Virus record (IMG/VR): IMGVR_UViG_3300028800_000064
Coordinates: 1 to 64,000 of that record
Source: a virus
Strand: one strand, 5' to 3'
Length of the DNA: 64,000 nt
In this document: positions 9,264 to 18,217 of the stretch, piece after piece
Layout: every line of letters begins with the position of its first letter
Position numbering within the stretch: the stretch's first letter is position 1
Made by a program: the position numbers and the translations under genes
Notes under the pieces: generated by a model
Database searches by the model: none
The model's input: only the letters and a program-made list of their open reading frames with translations
Told to the model about the DNA's origin: nothing

Positions 9264-11162
9264 ATGTTTGATATTGATGAAGGTCTCTTAGAAAATTATC
9301 GCAAGTCGATAGACTTCACCAGCTTCCCTCGGGGTTTCGTGAAGTGGTTCGAACTGGCCGATCCAGCCACCCGTGACAAATGGTATCGCGGGCGATTCCT
9401 GTGCCTGAAGTATCATCTCTACCTCAGCGGATACGCGCTCGCCGAAAGAGCTGGCGATCCCAATCTACCAGAAGAGTACGTCCCCATCCTTGGGATGGAC
9501 TTCCAAGACGACCCCCACACCCAGTTGTTCCGCCAGTACGTGCAGAAGCGACCCGGCGAAGGTTTTGTCCTGTCCGATCTGGACATGGTCACCAAGAAAC
9601 GCATGATCCTGTGGCCTCGCGGTCTGTTCAAGACCTCATCGATCATCGTGGATATCACCCAAACGATTTTGAACTATCCAAACGTGCGCATATGCTTTTT
9701 GACAGGTGCGGACCAACTGGCCAAGCGTCAGCTCGCGCGCGTGAAGCGGGTGTTCGAAAAACCATCCAAACGATTCAAGTGGTTATTTCCCGAGTTCTGT
9801 TTGAAGAGTGTTCGCAACAAAAAAATTCAGGATGAGACGGACGCACGGGCATGGTCAGACGAGCCATGCAAGATGGGCAACGCCCATGAGTTCACGGTGC
9901 CCTGCCGCACCAACGACACGTTCGCCGAACCTACGTTTGCCATTTCCACCGCCAAGTCTGTGAAGGCCGGATCGCACTTTGACATCATCTTCATCGACGA
10001 CTTGGTGAACGAGCAAAATTACCGCAGCGTTAAAGCTCTGGAGAAGTGCTTCCAAGACTACATCGACATCTGCCCTTTGCTGGAGCCCACCGGCTTCATT
10101 ATGATGACCGGAACGCGCTATTCCTTCGGGGATACGTACGAACGCATTCAGGAGCTGGCGCGCGAGGAAGAGCGGTTGATCGGGCGCACGATCTGGAAGT
10201 TTTCGATCCGAGACTGCTGGAGCATGGGGTGTTTGAACTGTCCGCACACGGACGTGTACCACAATTTTGATATCAACATCTTGCAACCGCCATGCATGGT
10301 GCCGGGTTGCCAGTGTGTCGGGCACAAAGCAAACGGTTCGAAGGGTGTGTTGTTTCCCCAGACCCGCACTTTTGATGGTCGCTCTATCGGGCACACGTTA
10401 GAGTTTCTGGAAGGCGAAAAAATTCGTCTGGGTCCGGAGTTCTTTGCTAACCAGTATGAGAACCGCCCAATTGCTACCGGCGCGCAAACGTTCACGGAGA
10501 CACTGATCGGTGCTCAAACGTTGCACGACATGAGTCAAATCCCGCCATATGCCCAGTCCTTCACGTTTGTGGTGGGCGATCTGGCGTACGTGGGGCAGGA
10601 AGGACGAGATTTTTCAGTGTTGTATATCTGCCGGATGTTTCAGGGGCAAATTTTCATCTTCGATTGCGTGTTTGGAAACTGGGACTCCGCAGGTATTGCT
10701 GAAAATCTCGTGAACGTGTTGCTCAAACACCGCCCCAACATCATGTTCATCGAAAAATTCAACGGCTGGGAAGCCTACGACACTGTGATTGCGGGCTATG
10801 CCGCCACCAAAGGCGTCCTCAAGGTTCCAATTCAGTGGGAAAAAGGCTCGCAAGCTGCTAACGCGAAGCTGATTCGCATCGGTTCGGTCAAAGGACCGCT
10901 GGCGAACAAGCGACTCTGGCTCTATGCGGCTATGCCAGGATACCAAAGGCTGGTTCAGCAGCTGGTCAAGTGGCCAAAATTGGGGCGGCACGACGACTTT
11001 GCCGACTGCGCGGGCATGGTTGTAGGGGCTCCGACAGGATATCAGCTCGAAAATCCTCCTGTGGTGGCGTCCACAACAAATTGGTTGCGAAAATTCAACG
11101 AATCTGGTACAATGGATGATTCGTATGGGGACAACGGCTGCGGTACCGGCATCGTTTGCTAG
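9264..11162 (+). CDS. terL: terminase large subunit
   Basis: Walker A PRGLFKTS, Walker B IIFIDD, GTRY motif; RNase H-like nuclease GDLA...DFS...IEK...HDDFAD. Confidence 0.92.
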   Translation: MFDIDEGLLENYRKSIDFTSFPRGFVKWFELADPATRDKWYRGRFLCLKYHLYLSGYALAERAGDPNLPEEYVPILGMDFQDDPHTQLFRQYVQKRPGEGFVLSDLDMVTKKRMILWPRGLFKTSSIIVDITQTILNYPNVRICFLTGADQLAKRQLARVKRVFEKPSKRFKWLFPEFCLKSVRNKKIQDETDARAWSDEPCKMGNAHEFTVPCRTNDTFAEPTFAISTAKSVKAGSHFDIIFIDDLVNEQNYRSVKALEKCFQDYIDICPLLEPTGFIMMTGTRYSFGDTYERIQELAREEERLIGRTIWKFSIRDCWSMGCLNCPHTDVYHNFDINILQPPCMVPGCQCVGHKANGSKGVLFPQTRTFDGRSIGHTLEFLEGEKIRLGPEFFANQYENRPIATGAQTFTETLIGAQTLHDMSQIPPYAQSFTFVVGDLAYVGQEGRDFSVLYICRMFQGQIFIFDCVFGNWDSAGIAENLVNVLLKHRPNIMFIEKFNGWEAYDTVIAGYAATKGVLKVPIQWEKGSQAANAKLIRIGSVKGPLANKRLWLYAAMPGYQRLVQQLVKWPKLGRHDDFADCAGMVVGAPTGYQLENPPVVASTTNWLRKFNESGTMDDSYGDNGCGTGIVC

Positions 11163-11179
11163 CTCCCGCCTTCGAAACA

Positions 11180-11196
11180 AGACTTAATGACCGTAT
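11180..11196 (+). promoter_or_regulatory. late promoter motif copy 4
   Basis: aaacaAGACTT...tatgtagga, near-identical flanks to copy 3. Confidence 0.65.
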
Positions 11197-11208
11197 GTAG
11201 GACTCTTT

Positions 11209-13443
11209 ATGGCTGAAACCACGGAAAAAGACATCAACTCTACCTCCCATTTCACCGACCAGGGGCAGATGCGCATCCAGGAGCTGCCTGGAGCCGTGCC
11301 CTACGGGGAAACTGCGCTTCCTATTCAGGCCACAGAGGTTGCATTCGTGGATCAGGCGCGCTCCGGCCTGTCCATGATGAAGGAAGCCAACCTAAACCGC
11401 GAAGAATCCGAGAATTTCATCGCTACCCGTGGGCTAATTGGTCGCTGGAACATGGCTGAGGTCATGTTGCGCGCATGGGTCGATCCTGTCAAATGGAAAG
11501 GCAGCGATCAATACCGCTCCCACCTGGGCGTACCCCTCGTGGCCGAGCAATTTTACAGTATTCACAGCGTGGTGAACCAGACGCTGTTCGGCGGCTACCA
11601 AGTTTTCAAGCTTGACGCTACGTCTGGCACTGCTTTGGAGTGCGCCGAGGCGCAACAGGCGATTATAAACGTGCAGTTGAAGACCTGCGGCTACAAAGGC
11701 GTGTCTGCGAAGTCAGAGATGCGCGAAATCACCTACGACGGCCTGTTTTATGGTTTTGGTGTGGCTCACTACGGCTGGCAGACGATCAAACAGAACATCA
11801 TCAAGAAAGTTCAGCGCGTTCATTCGCAAACGGTGGTCGTCAACGAAAATATCATCACCATTCCTGGCAAAGAGGATCAGGATATCGACGATGTAGAAGA
11901 CAAAATCGTTGGTGTGATGGAAGTGAACATGCCGAAGTTGGAGCATGTGCCGATTCGCCGGTTTCGATATGCTCCTGATCTGCGCCGGGGCGATCCGCGC
12001 TGCGCCGAATGGTGCGGTCGCATTATTTACGTTACTGGTTACCAGTTGGACGCGCTTCGAAACACCGAAGGGTGGAACATTCCTTCGCGCGAGGACTTGG
12101 TTCGGCTGACGACACCGCAAATGCAAAGTCAGTCTGCTACAAACCCGCTGGAGACGCTGGGATCAAACGCCGGAAACCCAATCTTCCAGCAAACCACAAC
12201 ACCACAGAAGGCATATCCGGAAAATTACACCGAACGGGTCGCGCACGATCCGCTGATGCGGAAATTTGAGCTGTTTGACTATTGGACGGACACCCGGCAC
12301 GCCATTATTCTCGGCAAAGAGTACCCAGTACTGAACGAGACTCACAAATTTCGCCGACCACCGTTTTTGGGCTTCTGTTTCCGGAATGCGCCTGACTCCG
12401 CGCACGGCTACGGCATCGCCTACTGGCTCACGGACTTTCAACGTGTCTGCCAGGGCGTCATCAACGCATTTTTGGATGATATGAACCTGAATTTGATGGG
12501 AACTTACACCGCGCCCGCCGGAACGAACAACAGTGCCCAGGCGCAATGGATTTTCCCTGGCAAAATCTTCAAGAGCGACCCACAAGGGAAGCTTGAACCT
12601 CTCACGCGCAACGCTATTGATGCAAAGGAGCCTTTGGCGGTCATCGCACAGATGAAAGCATGGGCAGCTTCGATCTCGGGCGCGGGGCCGGGTACTTTGG
12701 GCTCCAACCCAGGTGCGGCTGGCGATATGCGCACACCTGCTGGGGTAGAAGCACTCTCCGGCGGCGAGTCCGTGAAGTTGCAAGACCTAGTCGATGTGAT
12801 CTCGGAACAAATCTTCGTTCCGTTCCTGGAATTCTGCATCGAGCAGAACCAAAAACTCAAACCGTCGCAGATCAAGGCGATGTTGTCGCAAGCTCTTGGC
12901 AATGCGTATAAAGCTACGCCGCTCGACATGATAAACGGCACCTATCGAGTTGATATCTCGGCGGGCACTCGGCTCGCGGCGCGAAACGCGCTCGAAAAGT
13001 CCATCGGTGTGCTCACCACCTTCCTGCAGTCTCCGGGCACCGTGGAAAACTTGGCCGTGCAAGCCATGAAGATCGATTACAACGCTATGTTCGAATCGCT
13101 GTTCGATACGTTCGGCAGCCCGTACAAGGAAAAGATTATCGTCCCGATGAACGACTCCGATAAGCAGCGCATGATGGCCAACTCGCAAGCGGCTGCGGCG
13201 CAAGGTAAGTTGGGACTTGTCAAGGCCCAGGGTGAAGTCAAGAAAGATATTGACAACAACCAAGCCGAGAACCGCATGCTGATTGAAACCGGCAAGCACT
13301 CGTTGAAGCAACAAGGGACTGAGGCGGAACACCAAAACGAGTTGGAGTTGCAACAGAAACAGCAAGCGCAAACTCCGCAAGCACAGGGTCTTGATCGGGC
13401 AGAGAAAAGTGCTTTTGCGAACATGGATAAAATAGCTCTCTAA
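11209..13443 (+). CDS. portal protein
   Basis: 744 aa directly after TerL; YGFGVAHYGW, HGYGIA motifs and Q-rich C-terminal coiled coil as in P22/N4-type portals. Confidence 0.85.
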   Translation: MAETTEKDINSTSHFTDQGQMRIQELPGAVPYGETALPIQATEVAFVDQARSGLSMMKEANLNREESENFIATRGLIGRWNMAEVMLRAWVDPVKWKGSDQYRSHLGVPLVAEQFYSIHSVVNQTLFGGYQVFKLDATSGTALECAEAQQAIINVQLKTCGYKGVSAKSEMREITYDGLFYGFGVAHYGWQTIKQNIIKKVQRVHSQTVVVNENIITIPGKEDQDIDDVEDKIVGVMEVNMPKLEHVPIRRFRYAPDLRRGDPRCAEWCGRIIYVTGYQLDALRNTEGWNIPSREDLVRLTTPQMQSQSATNPLETLGSNAGNPIFQQTTTPQKAYPENYTERVAHDPLMRKFELFDYWTDTRHAIILGKEYPVLNETHKFRRPPFLGFCFRNAPDSAHGYGIAYWLTDFQRVCQGVINAFLDDMNLNLMGTYTAPAGTNNSAQAQWIFPGKIFKSDPQGKLEPLTRNAIDAKEPLAVIAQMKAWAASISGAGPGTLGSNPGAAGDMRTPAGVEALSGGESVKLQDLVDVISEQIFVPFLEFCIEQNQKLKPSQIKAMLSQALGNAYKATPLDMINGTYRVDISAGTRLAARNALEKSIGVLTTFLQSPGTVENLAVQAMKIDYNAMFESLFDTFGSPYKEKIIVPMNDSDKQRMMANSQAAAAQGKLGLVKAQGEVKKDIDNNQAENRMLIETGKHSLKQQGTEAEHQNELELQQKQQAQTPQAQGLDRAEKSAFANMDKIAL

Positions 13444-13461
13444 AAACTTTCGGAGGAACGT

Positions 13462-13884
13462 ATGAGCAGCGTACCGAACCCCGTCACAGAGGCTACTACA
13501 CCCTTTGTGCCGAACACCACTCCCGCTATCGAACGCGCGAATCGGCTTATCAGTCTTCGAACCCATCCGGGATTCCTAGACGTGCTTCGCATATCCCAAG
13601 AACTCGTCCAATCTGCGGCAGACCAGTGCGCGGATTATCCAGGCTGGGACCCGCAGCAGATCGTGGTCCTGAAAGTGCGCATGCAATGCGCCAAGGAGCA
13701 TCACGCTCTTCTCATTGCCCGCATCAACGAGGCTATCTATCAAGGGATCGAGGAGGGCAAAGCTCAGGCTGCCAATCTCCCCTCTCAAACGCCCGAAGAG
13801 GCTGTAGATCGCGGGGACTTCGTGCGCCAGAGGATGCTGCAACAGTTCAACGAAATGGATAACCGCCCCGCTGGCAGCTACTAG
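13462..13884 (+). CDS. hypothetical protein (post-portal)
   Basis: GGAGG RBS; helical, typical position. Confidence 0.7.
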   Translation: MSSVPNPVTEATTPFVPNTTPAIERANRLISLRTHPGFLDVLRISQELVQSAADQCADYPGWDPQQIVVLKVRMQCAKEHHALLIARINEAIYQGIEEGKAQAANLPSQTPEEAVDRGDFVRQRMLQQFNEMDNRPAGSY

Positions 13885-13912
13885 CTCAGTTGCTGAAATC
13901 TTATTACATTTT

Positions 13913-13929
13913 AGACTTATCCTACCATA
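13913..13929 (+). promoter_or_regulatory. late promoter motif copy 5
   Basis: attacattttAGACTT identical to copy 1; CATA at +7. Confidence 0.75.
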
Positions 13930-13948
13930 GATGTAAGGAGAAAAACCG

Positions 13949-15037
13949 ATGAGCACTGATCCGACAGTATTGAACCCCGTAGTTGTGAATGATGACCTGA
14001 CCAAAGCGGTCCAGGGAGCTTTGGACCCGGCGGATATCCGGGCGGCTATTCTGGCAGAAGCGGCCAAACAGACTACAGCGGCTACCACCGCTGCGGCTGC
14101 ACAGACTGCTGCCGAAACACAGGCTGCTGAAGCGGCGGCTGCGGCAGATCGCGCGGCGGTTGCGGCTACTGTGTTCACCTGTACGGAAATCATCGGCGGG
14201 CGTGAGTTCATGTTCTCGGAAGCGAGCCAGGCCGAGCTGGATCGGGCTGTGGCTAACGCCTATCGTGTGGCCTATGCTGTTCAGACCCCGACAGAAGAGC
14301 GCGTCGAAACTCCAGACCCGGTGGCGGTCGCGGAAGCAGAGCGCAGGGCGGCAGAAGAGCGCGCTTCCAATCTGGCGGATTTGGAGTTGAAGTTCAAGCG
14401 CGGCGAAATTTCCACTGCAGACTATATCGAACAGTCCGGAGCCATGGATGAGTTCTTGGCCAAGAAAGGCGTTCCTCTGTCCGCACTGAAAGAGGCCGTC
14501 GATCAAACCCAGAACAGTCAGTTTGAAAAATCCTGGGCTCAGGCGACTGAAGAATTTTTGCGGAGCCCGGCTGGCGCAGATTGGCCAGGGGGAAATCAAA
14601 ATCTCCAGATCATCGGTATGCAGATTCAATCTATGAATTTGCTGGATGCGCCTGACAAAGTCGCGGCCCTCGTGCGGGCGTACAACGCGATGAAAGAATC
14701 GCACATGGTTTTTCCTGCAGAACAAACAGCTCCCGTAGTTACCCCTCCTGCAGCGGCTGCGGTTGTTGCACCAGCGGCTGTTGCTGCTCCGGCAGCGGTA
14801 GCGGCTCCTGCGGCAGCGGCAGCCCCTCGCGTTGCCTCTTCCTCGTCTTCGCTGTTCGGCGCGAGTTCTGGCGTCGGCGCACAAACAACAACTACAACCG
14901 CAGCTGCGGGCAAAGTTGATGTTCCGGCGGATATGACTCCCCTGCAAATTATCGAGGAGTGGAAGAAAGCTCAGGTTGCTGGGGGCAAGGACCCGAACCA
15001 AGCTTTCACCGAAACATTCTCCGCGCGGCGAGCGTAA
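13949..15037 (+). CDS. capsid scaffolding protein (probable)
   Basis: Ala/Glu-rich coiled coil between portal and capsid. Confidence 0.65.
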   Translation: MSTDPTVLNPVVVNDDLTKAVQGALDPADIRAAILAEAAKQTTAATTAAAAQTAAETQAAEAAAAADRAAVAATVFTCTEIIGGREFMFSEASQAELDRAVANAYRVAYAVQTPTEERVETPDPVAVAEAERRAAEERASNLADLELKFKRGEISTADYIEQSGAMDEFLAKKGVPLSALKEAVDQTQNSQFEKSWAQATEEFLRSPAGADWPGGNQNLQIIGMQIQSMNLLDAPDKVAALVRAYNAMKESHMVFPAEQTAPVVTPPAAAAVVAPAAVAAPAAVAAPAAAAAPRVASSSSSLFGASSGVGAQTTTTTAAAGKVDVPADMTPLQIIEEWKKAQVAGGKDPNQAFTETFSARRA

Positions 15038-15038
15038 C

Positions 15039-15266
15039 ATGCGGTACGTAGAGCGCATTCCGGAGATCAACGCGGATCAAATCATCAGCGTGTCCGTCAC
15101 AACGATGGGATTTGATTTGGTGCTAACCAACGGATTCATAGTTTCTCTGCCAAATTTTCTGCAGAAACCGCATGTTGGCGATTACTGGGTCACGCGATCC
15201 GATGGTTCTTGCTATGCCGCGTACCAGAAGTCTTTTGAATCGCGATACAAACCGGCTGAAAAATAA
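15039..15266 (+). CDS. small hypothetical protein (PxVGDY...F..RY type)
   Basis: PHVGDYWVTRSDG...KSFESRY. Confidence 0.55.
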   Translation: MRYVERIPEINADQIISVSVTTMGFDLVLTNGFIVSLPNFLQKPHVGDYWVTRSDGSCYAAYQKSFESRYKPAEK

Positions 15267-15269
15267 CCC

Positions 15270-15297
15270 TTGACTGTTCGTGAAATTGTGGTATAAT
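15270..15297 (+). promoter_or_regulatory. sigma70-type promoter
   Basis: TTGACT-N16-TATAAT with TGn extension. Confidence 0.7.
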
Positions 15298-15411
15298 CTG
15301 TTCCCAGAGTACTCTCAACCTAGCCGAGGATCGGGGGTCCACAGAGGCCCCCACTCAGGCCCTCCTTCGCCACAAAAATCAAGCTTCGCCAATCGTCCAT
15401 CCTGAAGTTTT

Positions 15412-15428
15412 TGACTTACCGCGCTATA
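15412..15428 (+). promoter_or_regulatory. late promoter motif copy 6 (capsid)
   Basis: TGACTT accgcgc TATA, followed by ttgtatggactc as in copy 2. Confidence 0.65.
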
Positions 15429-15487
15429 TTGTATGGACTCTGCAAGTAAGAGTCCCCGAGCCCAATTAGGGCACAAGGACGATTCCA

Positions 15488-16483
15488 ATGATTCTCCCTC
15501 CGGGCGTACAGAGCACCACCCTAGCGGCCTTTCCGCAGATTGCGTACGACCGCACTGCAATTCTTGAGTGGCAGTTTAACACTCCGTTTTTGGAAGAGTT
15601 GTGCGACTTCCGGCCTCTGCCTCGCCGGTCGGGTCGGACGCTCCAGTTCTACGGTCAAACACCGTTCGCTGCCGCGACCTACGACCTGTCTGAAGGCATT
15701 CCTGGGCCGTCTCTGCAGTTGAACCAAGTTTTCAGCGATGCTTTCGCCGATGAATATGGCGACTGGATCGGCATTTCGAACGTCGCCCAGCAAATGTTCC
15801 TCGCGGACATCACGCTGGATGCCAGCCGCAACCTGTCCTATCGGGGCGCTCTCACCAGCAACCTGATCGCGATCAACGGGTTTGAGGCAGCCGCGACAGC
15901 GCAAGCTTCGGCCCGCATCGATTTGCTCGACAACGAGTTCATGCTGTCCAACACGATCCGCAAGTGCGAGTCCCAGTTGATGGGCAACGCAGTTCCGGGC
16001 CGCGACGGTGGACTCTACACATCAGCCATGCACCCTTACGTTGTGTACGACTTCATGTCGGACAACTCCGCTGGGTCCGCAGTTGATGTGCTAAAGCGTA
16101 ACGAAGCTGGTGCGAGCGTGTTGAAGTCGGACATGACTCGCGGATACACAGTCCTTGAATGGGCTGGTGTCCGTATCATCCGCACCCAGACCGTTCCCAC
16201 GTACGCCAACTATCCTTCGGTCGGTAAGACCGGATACGCGACCTACGTTGTTGGTCGCGAGGCCATGATGGCTTCCGAGTTGCTGGGCAATCGCGTTCCG
16301 CGCAACCCCAGCTTCAAGGTGAACGTCAAGACCTTCGGCGACAACGACATTGATCTCAGCAACCCGATGCTCCAGACACGCGCGATTGTTTCGTACGACT
16401 GGTTCCTTGGAGTGGTTGCCCGGCCCAACACCAACAACACCCCTGGCTTCCGCCGGGTTCGTGGTGAAGTCAGCGCGGTCTAA
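15488..16483 (+). CDS. major capsid protein (N4-gp56-like)
   Basis: 331 aa after scaffold; LPRRSGRTLQF, LSEG, EYGDWIGIS, HPYVVYD patterns; terminator follows. Confidence 0.85.
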   Translation: MILPPGVQSTTLAAFPQIAYDRTAILEWQFNTPFLEELCDFRPLPRRSGRTLQFYGQTPFAAATYDLSEGIPGPSLQLNQVFSDAFADEYGDWIGISNVAQQMFLADITLDASRNLSYRGALTSNLIAINGFEAAATAQASARIDLLDNEFMLSNTIRKCESQLMGNAVPGRDGGLYTSAMHPYVVYDFMSDNSAGSAVDVLKRNEAGASVLKSDMTRGYTVLEWAGVRIIRTQTVPTYANYPSVGKTGYATYVVGREAMMASELLGNRVPRNPSFKVNVKTFGDNDIDLSNPMLQTRAIVSYDWFLGVVARPNTNNTPGFRRVRGEVSAV

Positions 16484-16506
16484 GTTTTGGCACCACAAAA
16501 TTCTGA

Positions 16507-16536
16507 GGCGGGTTGAAAATCCCGCCACATTTTCTT
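16507..16536 (+). terminator. intrinsic terminator
   Basis: GGCGGG/CCCGCC stem then T-rich run. Confidence 0.5.
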
Positions 16537-16556
16537 GAATCGACAGGAGAACTACA

Positions 16557-17165
16557 GTGTCTAACGCCTCTACAATTCGTCGGCAGATCGCGGGAACGCA
16601 GCAACTGACAATCGCGCCGTTGATCGGCTCGACTATCACCACAACTGCTACCGCGTTTCAGTTGAACAACAACGGCCTGACTCTGACAGGCGGAGGCGTC
16701 ATTCCTCTGTCCGCAGGTGTTACTGGCTTATACCAGGGAACCGGTCAAGTGATCTGGATTCACGCTGCTGGTCAGTTGACTGGCGGAACGGTGAGTTCCA
16801 CTTCTCTCATCATCAAGCTCTACCAAGTTCCTGCTTCTCTGCTTCCGATTGCGAACACGCTAACGGGCGCGCAGACTTTTACAAGCTGGAACTTGCTGGC
16901 CACTGCGTCAACTGGAACCCTTGGGTCTACCGAGACTGCAGGTTCGTTCCAACTCGATGCGTATGTGCAGCTCGATTCGCAAGGAAACCTGGACGGCGAT
17001 TTCACAGCTCTGGTTTTGAACACCGCCACCACAGATACGCACACCACGCTGACGACTGGTCTGGTTGGTGAAGCCGATCTGAACTTTGTGATCGTGGCCA
17101 CCCTGGGAGGCACCGAAGTTGGTGTGATCCTCACACTGAATGAGTTCGAACTCAGCTTGGTGTAA
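16557..17165 (+). CDS. capsid decoration / structural protein (probable)
   Basis: AGGAG RBS with GTG start; T/G-rich; follows MCP. Confidence 0.6.
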   Translation: MSNASTIRRQIAGTQQLTIAPLIGSTITTTATAFQLNNNGLTLTGGGVIPLSAGVTGLYQGTGQVIWIHAAGQLTGGTVSSTSLIIKLYQVPASLLPIANTLTGAQTFTSWNLLATASTGTLGSTETAGSFQLDAYVQLDSQGNLDGDFTALVLNTATTDTHTTLTTGLVGEADLNFVIVATLGGTEVGVILTLNEFELSLV

Positions 17166-17206
17166 TTGAAAGCTCGATCTAACACTCGGGCGCAAGCCCA
17201 ACACAG

Positions 17207-17248
17207 TCCCTCGGTTGGCCTTGTAAACCAATCGGGGGATTTTTATTT
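17207..17248 (+). terminator. intrinsic terminator
   Basis: TCCCTCGGTTGG/CCAATCGGGGGA stem then TTTTTATTT. Confidence 0.65.
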
Positions 17249-17264
17249 CCAAGGAGGAAACATC

Positions 17265-17489
17265 ATGTCAGGACTTCTCGTACCGTACGGCTTTCCGACC
17301 ACCCAGGCGGGTGGAACCGAAGGATTGGGTGTGGGTGTTAACACCAAGACTCATAGCACCGTAGCACCCAACGGCGAGAGCAGCACTCCCGCTGCGCTGC
17401 AGACCAAAATTGCGACCGTGCTTGATAATGGCGGCCAGAACGTTTTTGCTTTGTGGAGGCCATCGCTGAACGCTTCCCCATCGATTTAA
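17265..17489 (+). CDS. small hypothetical (structural?) protein
   Basis: AAGGAGG RBS before ATG 17265. Confidence 0.65.
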   Translation: MSGLLVPYGFPTTQAGGTEGLGVGVNTKTHSTVAPNGESSTPAALQTKIATVLDNGGQNVFALWRPSLNASPSI

Positions 17490-17507
17490 CCAAGGAGGGA
17501 ATTGACT

Positions 17508-17714
17508 ATGGCTAAAATTACACCCGTTGTTCCGGCAGGCACGGCGTCTCTGCCATCGGCTCTCATCACGCCAGGATGGCCTTTGGCGACCGTTGCCGCA
17601 TCGAACCCGATAGCGGGCAGTGCTGGAACGTCTCCGACGCCGAATTCAACCGACGCTTCGCTGCTGTATAGTGCCGAAGTGCAATCCGGCCACACGAGCG
17701 ATAGCGTAGCGTAA
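17508..17714 (+). CDS. small S/T/P/A-rich protein
   Basis: AAGGAGG RBS. Confidence 0.6.
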   Translation: MAKITPVVPAGTASLPSALITPGWPLATVAASNPIAGSAGTSPTPNSTDASLLYSAEVQSGHTSDSVA

Positions 17715-17719
17715 CGAGA

Positions 17720-17808
17720 TGGGCGTAAGCCCAAAGGGGTATAACCCCACGGATGGCGCGCGGCGGCATGAATAGGCCATAGGAAGCCGGGCCGCCGTGC
17801 AGACCATC
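17720..17808 (+). ncRNA. candidate structured RNA of unknown class
   Basis: Three consecutive hairpins in non-coding DNA just before the tRNAs. Confidence 0.35.
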
Positions 17809-17817
17809 AAAACTTGT

Positions 17818-17894
17818 CGCGGAGTGGCGCAGCTTGGTAGCGCGTCGGTCTCATACACCGAAGGTCGTGAGTTCAAATCTCACCTCCGCAACCA
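17818..17894 (+). tRNA. tRNA-Met(CAT), initiator (fMet)-like
   Basis: Full cloverleaf, C1:A72 mismatch, T-loop TTCAAAT, encoded CCA, anticodon 17852-17854. Confidence 0.95.
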
Positions 17895-17903
17895 AATTTC
17901 TAA

Positions 17904-17978
17904 GCGGGTTTGGCCGAGTGGCAAGGCGGCGGTCTTCCAAACCGCTTTTCGCGAGTTCAAATCTCGCAGCCCGCTCCA
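17904..17978 (+). tRNA. tRNA-Gly(TCC)
   Basis: Cloverleaf, loop CTTCCAA, U73 discriminator, CCA. Confidence 0.95.
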
Positions 17979-17988
17979 AAGTTTTGGC

Positions 17989-18017
17989 TTGACTATTTTT
18001 CGTGAGAGACGTAAACT
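17989..18017 (+). promoter_or_regulatory. sigma70-type promoter for permuted tRNA-like RNAs 1 and 2
   Basis: TTGACT-N17-TAAACT; predicted +1 about 18024-18025, the start of unit 1. Confidence 0.75.
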
Positions 18018-18024
18018 GAAATTA

Positions 18025-18092
18025 GCTGGTGATGGAGGTTCGAATCCTCTCCCACAACAGCATTTGTGGGTCGTCTAACGGTAGGACACAGC
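18025..18092 (+). ncRNA. circularly permuted tRNA-like RNA 1 (Gln-like)
   Basis: GCTG, variable GTGAT, T-arm GGAGG-TTCGAAT-CCTCT, acceptor CCCACAA-(CAGCAT)-TTGTGGG, D-arm GTCT-AACGGTA-GGAC, then CAGC pairing with the 5' GCTG. Confidence 0.85.
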
Positions 18093-18095
18093 AAC

Positions 18096-18166
18096 GGGGA
18101 GATGTGGGTTCGAATCCCATCCGAGCCGGATGTTTTCGGCCCGGTCGTATAACGGATATTGCGCCC
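18096..18166 (+). ncRNA. circularly permuted tRNA-like RNA 2 (Asp-like)
   Basis: GGG, GAGAT, T-arm GTGGG-TTCGAAT-CCCAT, acceptor CCGAGCCG-(GATGTTTT)-CGGCCCGG, D-arm GTAT-AACGGATA-TTGC, CCC; then a U-tract. Confidence 0.8.
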
Positions 18167-18180
18167 TTTGATTTTTTTTC

Positions 18181-18209
18181 TTGACCGCCAGCTTGATTGG
18201 TGGTATAGT
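18181..18209 (+). promoter_or_regulatory. sigma70-type promoter for permuted tRNA-like RNA 3
   Basis: TTGACC-N17-TATAGT with TGn extension; predicted +1 about 18216. Confidence 0.8.
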
Positions 18210-18217
18210 GAGTGCGT

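Noticed and set aside
18064-18128. Linear tRNA made from the 5' half of unit 1 and the 3' half of unit 2
   Set aside because: Acceptor strands (TTGTGGG versus CCGAGCC) and anticodon strands do not pair and there is no anticodon loop; each half pairs well only in the permuted arrangement.
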